Assembly: GCA_963699235.1 (NCBI GenBank)
Contig: OY969424.1
Location: 784,884 to 848,883 of the forward strand
Length of the DNA stretch: 64,000 nucleotides
Direction of reading: 5' to 3'
Source of the DNA: an uncultured Chloroflexia bacterium
GTDB taxonomy: Bacteria; Chloroflexota; Limnocylindria; QHBO01
Shown here: in pieces, positions 32,307 to 41,596 of the stretch
Position numbering within the stretch: the first letter of the stretch is position 1
Layout: the number at the start of each line of letters is the position of its first letter
The notes under the pieces: generated by a model
What the model was told of the DNA's origin: nothing
Databases searched by the model: none
What the model saw: only the letters and a program-made list of their open reading frames with translations
Position numbers and translations under genes: made by a program

Positions 32307-33513
32307 CCCTCGCCGCTTTCGGGTCCGCCGATAGAGGCTCGTCCCAGGCCACCCGGTGGTCGTACATCCAGGCCGTCGATCGCTCGGTGACGAGGTACCG
32401 GAAGACCAGGCGCAGCATGAGGTCACGGATGGTCCGGCCGATGCCGCCGGGGATCTTGGCGCTGCTCCCTCGCGCGCCGTAGGCGACGATCTTCTCGACC
32501 CGCTCGCGGCGCAGGGCCTCGTAGGCGGCGAGCGCCTCGGGGATCGATGAGCGGTCGCGGAGGGCCTTGGCCAGGATCACCCCGTCCTCGGCGGCCATCG
32601 CCGCGCCCTGGCCGGAGGTGGGCGCCGGGGCGTGGGCCGCGTCGCCGATGATCACCATCGGGCCGCGGGACCACACCGGGACGTGCCCCAGGTCGAGGGT
32701 GTTGTCGCCCGCCAGCTCGAGCACGCCGCCCGTGATGAGGTCCACGGCGGGGCCGCGGTCATCCGTGAACAGCCCAGTCAGCTGCTCCTTCCAGCCGGCC
32801 TCGGTGGTCGCGGCCCGCTCGGCGGCGGTGATCCGGTGGCGCGGCCAGTTGACGAACCACACCACGTCGCCGTTCACGGCGGGGTAGTAGCCGAAGAAGG
32901 CCCGCCGTCCGAAGATCATGTGCCACGCCTCCGGCTCCGCGTCGAGCCCCGCGCCACGGCTGAAGCCGCCGAAGTTCGTGAGTCCCACGTACCGGCCCTC
33001 GGGCGCACCAGGGTCGATCAGGCGACGCACCACCGAGTGGATGCCATCGGCGCCCACCAGCAGGTCGCCCGTCGCCCAGCTGCCATCGCCGAACGTGGCC
33101 GTCACCCGGCCGTCCGGGTTCACGGTGGCATCGGTCAGCCGCCGGTCGAACTCGACCCGGATCCCGCGCTGGATGGCCTCGTCGAGCAGCAGCCGGCTCA
33201 GGCGGGCGCGCTTCAGGGTCTGGGCCACGGTGCCGTCCGACAGCGGCGCGCCCAGCCCGGGCACTCCCAGGCGAGCGCCCTCGGCGCTCCACAGGTAGTT
33301 GCGGTTGGTGGGGAGGCCGATCGCCTTCACCGCCGGCAGGACTCCTACCGCATCGAGCGCATCGAGCCCGTTGGGGGAAAGGGTGAGGTAGGAGCCGATG
33401 TCGGCATCGGTCTGTCCGTGGCCCTCGAAGATCGTTGACTCGATCCCGGCCTGGCGCAGGGCCAGCGCCGTCACTGATCCGGCGACGCCACCCCCGGCAA
33501 TGAGCACCTCCAT
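32257..33513 (-). CDS. FAD-dependent monooxygenase
   Basis: In-frame ATG 33513 (MEVLIAGGGVAGSVTALAL, GxGxxG motif) of ORF 32257..33585. DG..S..R and GDAAH motifs are present. The 3' end overlaps the convergent cyclase gene. Confidence 0.85.
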   Translation of the reverse strand: MEVLIAGGGVAGSVTALALRQAGIESTIFEGHGQTDADIGSYLTLSPNGLDALDAVGVLPAVKAIGLPTNRNYLWSAEGARLGVPGLGAPLSDGTVAQTLKRARLSRLLLDEAIQRGIRVEFDRRLTDATVNPDGRVTATFGDGSWATGDLLVGADGIHSVVRRLIDPGAPEGRYVGLTNFGGFSRGAGLDAEPEAWHMIFGRRAFFGYYPAVNGDVVWFVNWPRHRITAAERAATTEAGWKEQLTGLFTDDRGPAVDLITGGVLELAGDNTLDLGHVPVWSRGPMVIIGDAAHAPAPTSGQGAAMAAEDGVILAKALRDRSSIPEALAAYEALRRERVEKIVAYGARGSSAKIPGGIGRTIRDLMLRLVFRYLVTERSTAWMYDHRVAWDEPLSADPKAARVSLGARRGAGSAPGRP

Positions 33514-33558
33514 GGCGGTATCCTTTCTTCGAACCTCTGCTATCGTGATTTCGGTATA

Positions 33559-33573
33559 TCTCGTATATCGAGA
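33559..33573. promoter_or_regulatory. candidate MarR operator
   Basis: Palindrome TCTCGTATATCGAGA, with GTATATC repeated at 33554 and 33563. It lies in the 70-nt divergent region between the monooxygenase (33513) and marR (33584) starts. Confidence 0.4.
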
Positions 33574-33583
33574 GGATAGAGGC

Positions 33584-34048
33584 ATGCCACGCGGGCGTCA
33601 AGCGGCCATCACCCGAGCGGGCAACGCCATGCAGGCGTACCAGCGCAGCACCCAGGCGTTCGACGACGCGGTGGGTCGGGCGCTGGGTCTGAACCCGACC
33701 GACCTGCGCGGCCTGGACTGGCTGGCCGATGGACCCAAGTCGGCGGGGGAGCTGAGTGCGGGCACCGGCCTTTCGACCGCGGCGACGACGACCCTGATCG
33801 ACCGGCTCGTGGCCAAGGGCTTCGTGGAGCGGGTGCCGGATCCGTCGGACCGGCGGCGGGTCCTGGTCCGGATGACGGCCGATGGTGGCCGGCGGGTGGC
33901 CCCCTTCTACGGGCCGCTCGTGGCCGCGGGGGCGAAGCTGCTGGAAGGCGTCTCGGCCGCCGAGATCGAGCGGATGGCGGCCTGGCTGGACGACGCTCGC
34001 GACCTCACCGATCGCCAGCGCGACCGGATCGAGGCTGAGCACCGATGA
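33584..34048 (+). CDS. MarR family transcriptional regulator
   Basis: ATG 33584 in ORF 33398..34048. Winged-helix region (AGELSAGTGLSTAATTTLIDRLVAKGFVERVPDPSDRRRVLVRMT). Confidence 0.85.
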   Translation: MPRGRQAAITRAGNAMQAYQRSTQAFDDAVGRALGLNPTDLRGLDWLADGPKSAGELSAGTGLSTAATTTLIDRLVAKGFVERVPDPSDRRRVLVRMTADGGRRVAPFYGPLVAAGAKLLEGVSAAEIERMAAWLDDARDLTDRQRDRIEAEHR

Positions 34049-34446
34049 CCTACGAGAAAGACCCGCGGGTGGACGCCTACATCGACCCGCTCCCGCCGTG
34101 GCAGCAGGCGATCTGCCAGGAGGTCCGCGACCTGGTCCACGAGGCCGATCCGGAGGTGGTCGAGACCATCAAGCGCACGGTCCAGCCGTACTTCGTGCTG
34201 GAGGGCAATATCTGCGCCCTGCAGGCGACGAAGGACCACGTCAATGTCTTCCTCTACGACCCGCTCGTCACCGACCCGGAGGGGATCATCACCCGCGGCT
34301 TCGAGGCCACGACCGGGCGCCAGATCAAGATCTACGAGGGCGAGCCCATCAACCGCCCGGCGCTCCTCGCCATGTTCCGCGAGATCGTCGGCCCACAACC
34401 GGGCCGGTGGCTGGCGCAAGCTCCAGGCCAGGCCCTGACCGCCTAG
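34045..34446 (+). CDS. DUF1801 (YdhG-like) domain protein
   Basis: ORF 34045..34446 with ATGA overlap with marR. Pattern DAYIDPLPPWQQAICQEVRDLVHEADPEVVETIKR. The family name is from memory. Confidence 0.7.
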   Translation: MTYEKDPRVDAYIDPLPPWQQAICQEVRDLVHEADPEVVETIKRTVQPYFVLEGNICALQATKDHVNVFLYDPLVTDPEGIITRGFEATTGRQIKIYEGEPINRPALLAMFREIVGPQPGRWLAQAPGQALTA

Positions 34447-35154
34447 ACCTCCAGGTCGCCGGCGATCTCCGCTGCCCGGCGCAGCTCGTCGCTGATGGCA
34501 CGCCGTTCGGCCGTCGCCAACGGGATACCCGATGCCTCCGGCGAGCCGTCTGCGAGCGTCGTCGCGGTCACCCAGGCGCATGGCCAGGTCGGCGCGGAGG
34601 ATCAGACCGCGAGCCGCGACCGGTCCAGCGATGGGCGGGTCGGCAGCGAACGCCGAGTCGAGCACCTGGGCAGCCGCCTGGGCGTCGTCGCGGGAGTCGG
34701 CGAGGGTGGTGGCTGCCACGACCGCGCGCTCGAGCCGGCCGGCATCGCTGGCTCGTGGCGCGGGCTGCTCAGCGATGGGCTGACCGATGCGGATGTAGTT
34801 GCCACCGGGGTCGACGACGATGAACTGCCGGACGCCATAGGTCATGTCGCGCAGGGCGCCGAGGCGCGGGATCCCACGCATCGGCACCCGGCCGAGCGCG
34901 GTCCGGAGTCCGGTCGAGAAGGCCTCGTACAGTGCGTCGACGTCGGACACAAGGACGTAGCAGGTGCTGTACGAGTTCGCCGGATCGAGGCCCTTGAGGA
35001 CGAAGAACTGGAGCTCGATGCCGCCCCGCACGACGATGGCAAACGTGTTCGGCCGCTCCTGGCGGTACGTGACCTCGAACCCGAGCGCCTCGTAGAAGGC
35101 GAGCGTGTCATCGATGGATCGGGTGGGCAGGATGGGAATCGTGCGTTCGGTCAT
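34443..35154 (-). pseudogene. VOC (glyoxalase/bleomycin-resistance) family protein with helical C-terminal extension, frame break about 34535..34541 (may be an assembly indel)
   Basis: ORF 33907..35154 starts MTERTIPILPTRSIDDTLAFYEALGFEV. After ..DDARRRLAG the natural end ASGIPLATAERRAISDELRRAAEIAGDLEV* is in the next frame, with its stop at 34443..34445. Confidence 0.7.
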
Positions 35155-35222
35155 CGGTCGTCGCTCATCGGCTCACGAACCTTCCCACCAGTCGCGGCCA
35201 ATGGTCTAGTGTCGGGCGCACC

Positions 35223-36296
35223 ATGCAAGCTTGGACTCGAGACCGATACGGACCGCCGGACGTCCTCGAGTTGACCGAGGTCGAGCCGCCGGAGCTGGGC
35301 GCCGGCGACGTCCGGGTCCGGGTCGCGTTCTCATCGGTCAACCAGGCCGATCTCGACTACCTGTATGGCAAGCCGTGGATGACGCGCATCGCGACCGGGT
35401 TGCGCCGGCCCAGCATTCCGGGGGTCGGGCTGGACGTGGCTGGGGTGGTCGATGCGGTCGGCCCCGACGTCACCACCTTCAAGCCCGGCGACGAGGTGTT
35501 CGGGGACATGACCGAGTTCAGGCACAGCGCCTACGCCGAGCTGGTCACGGCCCCGGCCCTCGCCTTCGCCCCGGTTCCGGCCAGCGTCTCGCTGGAAGAC
35601 GCCGCCTCAACCCCGCAGGCCGCCATCCTGGCCATCCAGGGCCTGAACGCCCAGGGCGGGATCAAGGCAGGCGACAAGGTCCTGATCAATGGCGCGTCGG
35701 GCAGTGTGGGCCCGTTCGCGATCCAGATCGCGAAGTCACGCGGGGCGGAGGTGACCGGTGTGGCCAGCACCGGAAAGCTGGAGTTCGTCCGCTCGCTGGG
35801 CGCCGACCACGTCCTGGACTACACCCGCGACGACTACACCGAGCTGGGCACGCGATACGACCGGATTCTGGACATGGCGGCGTTCCACTCCATCGCCGAC
35901 ATCCGCCACGCCCTGACTCCGACCGGGGGCTACACCGCCATCGGCGGGCCCCTGACGAACGTTTTCGGGGCCATGATCGTGGGGGTGCCGATGCGGCTGG
36001 CGGGCAAGCAGCGGGCCGGGCTTCCGCTGTGGAAGCCGTTCCGCGCCGAGGACGTGGCGGACCTGTCGAAGATGCTGGAGGACGGGACGATCAAGCCGGT
36101 CATCGACAAGCGGTACTCGTTGGCGGAGGTCCCCGATGCGCTCCGCTACGCGGACGACGGCCATGCCCGCGGCAAGGTGGTCATCACCGTTCGTCTGCCC
36201 CGTCACCGCAGCCCGAGCCGAGCCGCGCTACCCGGGCGACGTCGCCATCCCCGCCGGCCACGCGGGTCAGACCCGGGACGGGGTGATCGTCTGTAG
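35223..36296 (+). CDS. NAD(P)-dependent oxidoreductase, MDR/zinc-type alcohol dehydrogenase family; 3' end abnormal
   Basis: ORF 35223..36296. Paralog of 25795..26817. The family normally ends at GKVVITV (here about 36190), but this ORF reads on for about 35 more codons into a MazF-like remnant. Confidence 0.8.
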   Translation: MQAWTRDRYGPPDVLELTEVEPPELGAGDVRVRVAFSSVNQADLDYLYGKPWMTRIATGLRRPSIPGVGLDVAGVVDAVGPDVTTFKPGDEVFGDMTEFRHSAYAELVTAPALAFAPVPASVSLEDAASTPQAAILAIQGLNAQGGIKAGDKVLINGASGSVGPFAIQIAKSRGAEVTGVASTGKLEFVRSLGADHVLDYTRDDYTELGTRYDRILDMAAFHSIADIRHALTPTGGYTAIGGPLTNVFGAMIVGVPMRLAGKQRAGLPLWKPFRAEDVADLSKMLEDGTIKPVIDKRYSLAEVPDALRYADDGHARGKVVITVRLPRHRSPSRAALPGRRRHPRRPRGSDPGRGDRL

Positions 36297-36471
36297 CCAA
36301 GTCCGAACCATTTCCGCGGAGCGGGTGCGCCTTCCTCCGCTGGGCCACTTGACCGATGCCGCTGCGCGGCGACAGGTGCGCCACGCGCTGGCCCATCACC
36401 TGGGGCTGGATGTTCCCGCTGTGGCGGACGGAGCCGGAGGCCCTGCAGGCGCCTCCGGCGATCGGTCCTAG
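36193..36471 (+). pseudogene. 5'-truncated MazF/PemK-like toxin remnant
   Basis: Frame of ORF 36136..36471. VCPVTAARAEPRYPGDVAIPAGHAGQTRDGVIVCSQVRTISAERV..LGHLTDAAARRQVRHALAHHLGLD matches the C-terminal two thirds of PemK/MazF (P.T......P..V.I......DS.V.C.Q.RT....R). There is no N-terminal part and no antitoxin. Confidence 0.5.
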
Positions 36472-36517
36472 ACTGCGCCGCACCGAACGTCCGCGATCAT
36501 CCAGCGGGAGCCGTCAC

Positions 36518-36960
36518 GTGACGTCCACGAGTCGCCACCACTTCGCCGCCACCAGCCCAGGCCAGCCGCGACTGACACGGTTCCCGGCCGAGTACGAGGC
36601 CGGCGTCTGCAACATTGGTCCCGACGAGATCGCCAGCCGGCGACGAGCCGGCCACTTCGGGGCCGCGGTCACGGTCGGCATGTTCATCGGCCTGGTGCTC
36701 CTCGGAGCGCCGCCGCTCTTCCGTCTGGTCCTGTTCATTCCCGCGGCGGTGGCGGCGTCGGGCTACCTCCAGGCGTACCTGAAGTTCTGCGCCGGGTTCG
36801 GCGGCTGGGCGTGTACAACTTCGGTCGACTGGGGACGACGACCAAGATCGCCGATGACGCCGCGCGGGCCGCGGACCGACGGAAGGCCAACCAGATCGGC
36901 CTGGCGTCGGGGCTCATCGGCCTGGCGGTGGCCGTCGTCGCGGTGCTGCTCCCGGTCTGA
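36518..36960 (+). pseudogene. Cys-motif membrane protein, frame break about 36800..36806 (may be an assembly indel)
   Basis: GTG 36518 follows GGGAG. The sequence ..GVCNIGPDEIASRRRAGH.., two TM helices and LQAYLKFCAGFG lie in ORF 36356..37519. It continues as LGVYNFGRLGTTTKIADDAARAADRRKANQIGLASGLIGLAVAVVAVLLPV* in the next frame. Confidence 0.55.
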
Positions 36961-36967
36961 CCCGGCC

Positions 36968-37740
36968 TCAGCCCGCGGTCGCCGGTCGGACGACCGCACC
37001 GTTCGGGGTGACCTCGACCAGGGTCGGCACCAGCGCGATCCCGTACTTGCGCGCCAGGTCGGGGCGCTCGCGGACGTCGATCCGGACGAACGGCCGATGC
37101 TCCGCCCGGAGGGTGGACTCGAGCTCACGGCACTCGGTGCAGAGCGGGTGGCTGAAGGCGACCACCAGGTTGGCGGTGCCGTCGCCGCTGCTCCCGCTCG
37201 GGCTCGCGTGGCCCGCGACGTCCATCGGTTCCAGGTCAGCAGGTCGATCCGTTCCAGCTGGTGGCTCCGGATGCCGCGGAGGCGGGCGCCGATCCGGTAC
37301 AGCTGGCAGCCGGCGCAGAAGCCGGTGACTGCGGCGAGCAGCGCCAGGAATGCGACCAGCACCCCGAGCGCCACGCCCAACCCGGTCCAGCCGACGGCGT
37401 ACGCCACCGAGGCGGTGGTCAGGACGGTCAGGCCGATCCAGTTCGCGAAGCGCGGCGGACGCGAGTCCTCGATCGGGCCTTCACCGATCCGGGGCTGGAC
37501 CCACTCGAAGTACGCGTAGCACGGCAGGCAGTAGCGTCGCCCGAAACGGAGACCGATGCCCAGCTGGGCGGCCAGCAGGGCGAGGATCGGCCAGATGCCG
37601 GTCACGACGGCCAGCACGGCGCCGATGCCGACGGTGGCCTGGAGGAAGCGGGGAGCGCGGGCGTCGACGACGTCGAGGTCGCAGTAGGGATCGGCGGTCC
37701 GGAGAAGAGCGGGATGAGCGACCGAGGAGGGCTGAGCCAT
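36968..37740 (-). pseudogene. DUF4395 membrane domain followed by thioredoxin/glutaredoxin-like domain, frame break about 37226..37232 (or two genes)
   Basis: ORF 36763..37740 N-part (RRYCLPCYAYF ... GFCAGCQLYRIG) fits DUF4395 as I recall it. ORF 36968..37225 (NLVVAFSHPLCTECRELESTL...ALVPTLVEV) is thioredoxin-fold-like with a CxxC motif. There is no stop between them in the first frame. Confidence 0.55.
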
Positions 37741-37839
37741 GAATCCACCTGCAATGGGGCGCCGGTGAGGCGCGGAGGGTGCCGGGCGGGTCGGCGGGTG
37801 CGAGCGCGGGAGCGGACGGAAGGGCTCAGGCCCTCCCGT

Positions 37840-38076
37840 CTAGCGACAGATGCAGGTGGTGGTGTTGCGGCGCTCAAGCACTACAGCGGCAGCGTAGCAG
37901 GTCAGCCTGAGCATGTCCCTTCCCTCGTCTCCAATCAGGTGATCGATCAGCTCAAGGCGCATTGCTGCTGATCGGTTCCTGACCGGCAACCCCATGCCCG
38001 CGTTCAGTTTCGGCGCGGCGAGCCAAGGGTCCCGGCCGGTCCTGAGGTGGTTCTTGACGCGAGCCATGTCGCTCAT
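37840..38076 (-). CDS. hypothetical small protein ending in CxC
   Basis: ORF 37840..38076, 78 aa. The ATGA overlap with the stop of 38073..38528 suggests translational coupling. I recognise no homology. Confidence 0.35.
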   Translation of the reverse strand: MSDMARVKNHLRTGRDPWLAAPKLNAGMGLPVRNRSAAMRLELIDHLIGDEGRDMLRLTCYAAAVVLERRNTTTCICR

Positions 38077-38528
38077 CTCGTAGCCGGTGTCGAATCTCCG
38101 GCTCTCGGCGACGACGCCGCGCTGGAAGCTGGGCGCATGCGGAGGAACTCGGTGACCCGGGCGAAGCCGAGGAAGAATCGAACCGGCTGTGGCATGAGGT
38201 GGCGGGTCGGGTCGATGAACAGTGCGGGCTCGACGAGACGGACGACGCGACGTCGCACCTCGAGCTCAGCCTCACCCGCGGCCAGGACGTTCTTCACCCA
38301 CTGGACGTCCGAGCCATAGGTCAGGGCGAAGACGTACGACTCCCCGTCGCGGAACACGTTCATCGGTGTGCGGTATGCCTTGCCGGATTTCCGACCCCGG
38401 TAGCGGATGATCGCGAACCCTGGCAGCCAGCGGACGAACAGCCGCGAGAAGCGGTTGAAGACGCGCGTCGTGAACGGACGCATGAACTCGAACCGTGTCC
38501 GCTGTCGCGCTGACATCGGTCTGTTCAT
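38073..38528 (-). CDS. nitroreductase-family deazaflavin(F420)-dependent oxidoreductase (DUF385/Ddn-like)
   Basis: In-frame ATG 38528 (MNRPMSARQ) of ORF 38073..39038. Has the motif YRGRKSGKAYRTPMNVF ... SDVQWVKNVLAAGEAELEV. Paralog at 48613..48990. Confidence 0.7.
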   Translation of the reverse strand: MNRPMSARQRTRFEFMRPFTTRVFNRFSRLFVRWLPGFAIIRYRGRKSGKAYRTPMNVFRDGESYVFALTYGSDVQWVKNVLAAGEAELEVRRRVVRLVEPALFIDPTRHLMPQPVRFFLGFARVTEFLRMRPASSAASSPRAGDSTPATR

Positions 38529-38569
38529 ACACCCCTCACGCCGGTGACGCTCGCGCTGGTCCTTGACCC

Positions 38570-38971
38570 CTACGGGTCGAGGACGGGGATGGAAGCGAAC
38601 GAGGAGCGGTAGAAGCCGCGGTCCCGGGTGAGCAGCCGTTCGGCCCGAGCCGCCGCGTGGGCGCCAACCAGGAAGTCCGGCAGGATCCGGCGCCGGGTGC
38701 CGCCACCCGAGCGGTACGCGCGCCACGCTCGGCCGGCCGCCAGGGAGATGTCCCGGTCGATCGCATCGAACGCGATCTCGAGCCCGTCGAGGGCGTTGAC
38801 CGCCGCAGCCGCGCCGCCAAACGCGCCACTTACCTCCGCCCAGACGATCTCGCACGCGATCAGGCTTCCCTCGGCTCGACATCGGCGCAGTGCGTCTCGG
38901 GACCGTGCACCAAAGGTGGGATCGGCCGTGAACAGGTCGAGCAGGACGCTGGTGTCGACGGCCGTGATCAC
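38570..38971 (-). CDS. type II toxin, PIN-domain VapC ribonuclease
   Basis: ORF 38570..38971 (MITAVDTSVLLDLF ... ILPDFLVGAHA ... LLTRDRGFY). Confidence 0.85.
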   Translation of the reverse strand: MITAVDTSVLLDLFTADPTFGARSRDALRRCRAEGSLIACEIVWAEVSGAFGGAAAAVNALDGLEIAFDAIDRDISLAAGRAWRAYRSGGGTRRRILPDFLVGAHAAARAERLLTRDRGFYRSSFASIPVLDP

Positions 38972-39186
38972 CGCCCGCGTGTCCGCTCCAGGTAGCGGTC
39001 AACCGGTTCACCAAGCTTGAGGACGCCCCATGCGGCATCGACGGGGTCGGTGATCTGCGCCTTGCGGGCCACGAGACGGCCGGCTTCCGCCTCGAACTCC
39101 AGCACGACGCCGGGATTCAGACCCAGCCGCGCACGGAGCGGCTTGGGAATGGTGACCTGCCCCTTCTCCGAGACGATCGCTTTCAT
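38968..39186 (-). CDS. type II antitoxin, AbrB/MazE/SpoVT family
   Basis: In-frame ATG 39186 (MKAIVSEKGQVTIPKPLRARLGLNPGVVLEFEAEAGRLV) of ORF 38968..40092. 4-nt overlap with the vapC start. Confidence 0.85.
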   Translation of the reverse strand: MKAIVSEKGQVTIPKPLRARLGLNPGVVLEFEAEAGRLVARKAQITDPVDAAWGVLKLGEPVDRYLERTRGR

Positions 39187-39276
39187 ACCGACACGGTAGG
39201 GATTCCTACTCTTCATGTCAAGGATCGCCGCGGAGCGCCTTGTTGGGTAGGCTAGGGGAGACACGTCAGGGAGCGC

Positions 39277-40290
39277 ATGGTGACCGCACAGACCGACTCG
39301 CCCATCATCGAAGTCCGTGACCTGGTCAAGGTCTACGGCAAGGACACCCGCGCGGTGGACGGCATCACCTTCGGCGTCGCGCCCGGCGAGCTGTTCGGCT
39401 TCCTGGGACCCAACGGCGCCGGCAAGACGACGACCATCCGCATCCTGGCCACCCTGCTCGAGCCGACCGAGGGGACGGCGACGGTGGCTGGTTTCGACGT
39501 CACGAAGGACTCCGCCGAGGTGCGCAAGCGCCTGGGTCTCGCCCTGCAGACGCCGGCGCTGGACCCGTTCTCCACCGGTCGCGAGACGCTCGAGCTGGCC
39601 GGCATCCTGCAGCGCATGCCACGGGCCGAGATCAAGCGCCGCGCCGACGAGCTGCTCGAGCTGATGGGTCTCGCCGAGGTGGGCAAGAAGCTCACCGGTC
39701 AGTACTCCGGCGGTATGAAGCGGCGGCTGGACCTCGCCAGCGCGCTCATGCACAAGCCACCGGTGCTCATCCTCGACGAGCCGACGGAAGGGCTCGATCC
39801 CCAGAGCCGAACCGCGCTCTGGGAGGAGCTGGAACGGATCAGCCAGTCGGGAACGACCATGCTGCTGACCACCCACTACATGGAGGAGGCCGATCGGCTC
39901 TGCTCCCGGCTCGCGATCATCGACGACGGCAAGATCGTGGTCGACGGCTCGCCGGCCGAGCTCAAGGCCTCCATCGGCGCCGACACCGTCGTCCTCGAGC
40001 TGGCCTCGACGAATGGTGACCTCGAGAGCCTGCGGGCATCGGTCCGCCGCCTGCTGGAGGACATGGTCCAGGCCGATGGGGTCAATCCCCATCCCAAGGG
40101 CGTGGAGCTATCGGTCCCGAATGCCAGCGCGGCGATGCCGGCCATGCTCCGTCGGCTGGACAGCGAGGGAATCCCCATCGAAGGGCTCCAGATGAGCCAG
40201 CCCAGCCTGGACACCGTGTTCCTGAAGTACACCGGTCGCCACATCCGCGAGGAAGCAGCCGACGAGCCGCTGCCGATCATGGGGGTCTGA
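39277..40290 (+). CDS. ABC transporter ATP-binding protein (DrrA/ABC-2 exporter type)
   Basis: ORF 39277..40290. Walker A (GPNGAGKTT), signature (YSGGMKRRL) and Walker B (ILDEPT) motifs. Confidence 0.9.
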   Translation: MVTAQTDSPIIEVRDLVKVYGKDTRAVDGITFGVAPGELFGFLGPNGAGKTTTIRILATLLEPTEGTATVAGFDVTKDSAEVRKRLGLALQTPALDPFSTGRETLELAGILQRMPRAEIKRRADELLELMGLAEVGKKLTGQYSGGMKRRLDLASALMHKPPVLILDEPTEGLDPQSRTALWEELERISQSGTTMLLTTHYMEEADRLCSRLAIIDDGKIVVDGSPAELKASIGADTVVLELASTNGDLESLRASVRRLLEDMVQADGVNPHPKGVELSVPNASAAMPAMLRRLDSEGIPIEGLQMSQPSLDTVFLKYTGRHIREEAADEPLPIMGV

Positions 40291-40293
40291 CCG

Positions 40294-41064
40294 ATGACCG
40301 CACTTGCCTACGAGACCTACTACCTGGGCGTCCGGACCACCCGACGGTTCATCCGGGTGCCCGCCAACTTCATCAGCATCCTCTTCTTCCCGCTCGTCCA
40401 GCTGCTGGTGTTCAGCCAGCTGTACGAGGACATCATCCAGCTGCCGGGGTTCGGCGGCGACGTGAGCTACCTCGCCTACCTGGCGCCGGGGCAGATCGTG
40501 TCGACCGCCTTCTTCGCGGTGGCATGGGCCGGCTTCGGGCTGCTGATGGAGATCCGCAGCGGCTACATCGACAAGCTGCGGGCGAGCCCCATCCGTCGCT
40601 GGTCGATCCTGCTCGGCGAGATGGTGCCGCTCTTCTTCCAGGCGGCCGGCATGGGCGCGATCATCCTGATCATCTGCGTCGTCCTCGGAACCCCGATCGT
40701 GACCGGCATCCCCGGCGTGATCCTCATCCTGTCGCTGGCCGGCCTGTTCGGGCTCGCCATCTCGGGGGCGAGCTTCATCCCGGCCCTGGTGACCAAGAGC
40801 GAGCAGGCGACGAGCACGTTCTCGCTGCTCCTGTTCCCGCTGGTGTTCGCCTCCACCGCGTTCGTGCCGGTGGACCTCATGCCGGAGTGGATGCAGGTGG
40901 TCAACACCTTCAACCCGATCAGCTACGTCATCGAGGCCATCCGGGCGCTCATGATCACCGGGTACGACTGGGACGTGATCGGCCAGGCGCTGCTCTCGAT
41001 CGCGATCATGGGAGCCATCCTGCAGGCGGGCACCCTGTGGGCCTTCAACCGGGTCTCGCGCTGA
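40294..41064 (+). CDS. ABC-2 type transporter permease
   Basis: ORF 40294..41064, 256 aa, with six TM helices. Lies 3 nt after the ATPase gene. Confidence 0.85.
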   Translation: MTALAYETYYLGVRTTRRFIRVPANFISILFFPLVQLLVFSQLYEDIIQLPGFGGDVSYLAYLAPGQIVSTAFFAVAWAGFGLLMEIRSGYIDKLRASPIRRWSILLGEMVPLFFQAAGMGAIILIICVVLGTPIVTGIPGVILILSLAGLFGLAISGASFIPALVTKSEQATSTFSLLLFPLVFASTAFVPVDLMPEWMQVVNTFNPISYVIEAIRALMITGYDWDVIGQALLSIAIMGAILQAGTLWAFNRVSR

Positions 41065-41080
41065 CCGCGGAGGCATATCG

Positions 41081-41596
41081 ATGGAAACCGACCCGCTTCC
41101 CGTCGTTCCCGAGGGCTACAGCTCGGTCAGCCCCTGGGTCATCTCCCGCGATACCGATGCGCTCATCCGCTTCGCGACGGCCGCCTTCGGCGCCGAGGAG
41201 ATCTCACGGTTGGCCGATGAGAACGGGGTCATCGGCCATGCTGAGTTTCGCATCGGCGATTCGGTCGTGCTGGCCTTTGATGCCAAGCCGCACTGGCCCG
41301 ACACCCCGGCGTTCCTCCGCCTGTACGTCGAGAGTGCCGATGCGACATTCGCCCGTGCCCTGGAGGCCGGCGGGACCGCCGTCACCGATGTGACCCATCT
41401 GTTCTGGGGCGACCGGGTGGGTCGGGTGCGAGACCCGCTGGGCAACCTGTGGTGGATCCAGGCCCGGGTCGAGGTGGTGGACGAGGACGAGATGGGGCGA
41501 CGGATGGGCGATCCGATCTGGCTGGAACGGATGAACTACGTCCAGAGCGTGAGCTGGCCGTTCAACAACCCACCGGACGACAGCCCGACGGACTAA
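41081..41596 (+). CDS. VOC family protein (PhnB/glyoxalase-like)
   Basis: ORF 41081..41596. Pattern VIGHAEFRIGDSVVLAFD ... FWGDRVGRVRDPLGNLWWI. Confidence 0.8.
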   Translation: METDPLPVVPEGYSSVSPWVISRDTDALIRFATAAFGAEEISRLADENGVIGHAEFRIGDSVVLAFDAKPHWPDTPAFLRLYVESADATFARALEAGGTAVTDVTHLFWGDRVGRVRDPLGNLWWIQARVEVVDEDEMGRRMGDPIWLERMNYVQSVSWPFNNPPDDSPTD

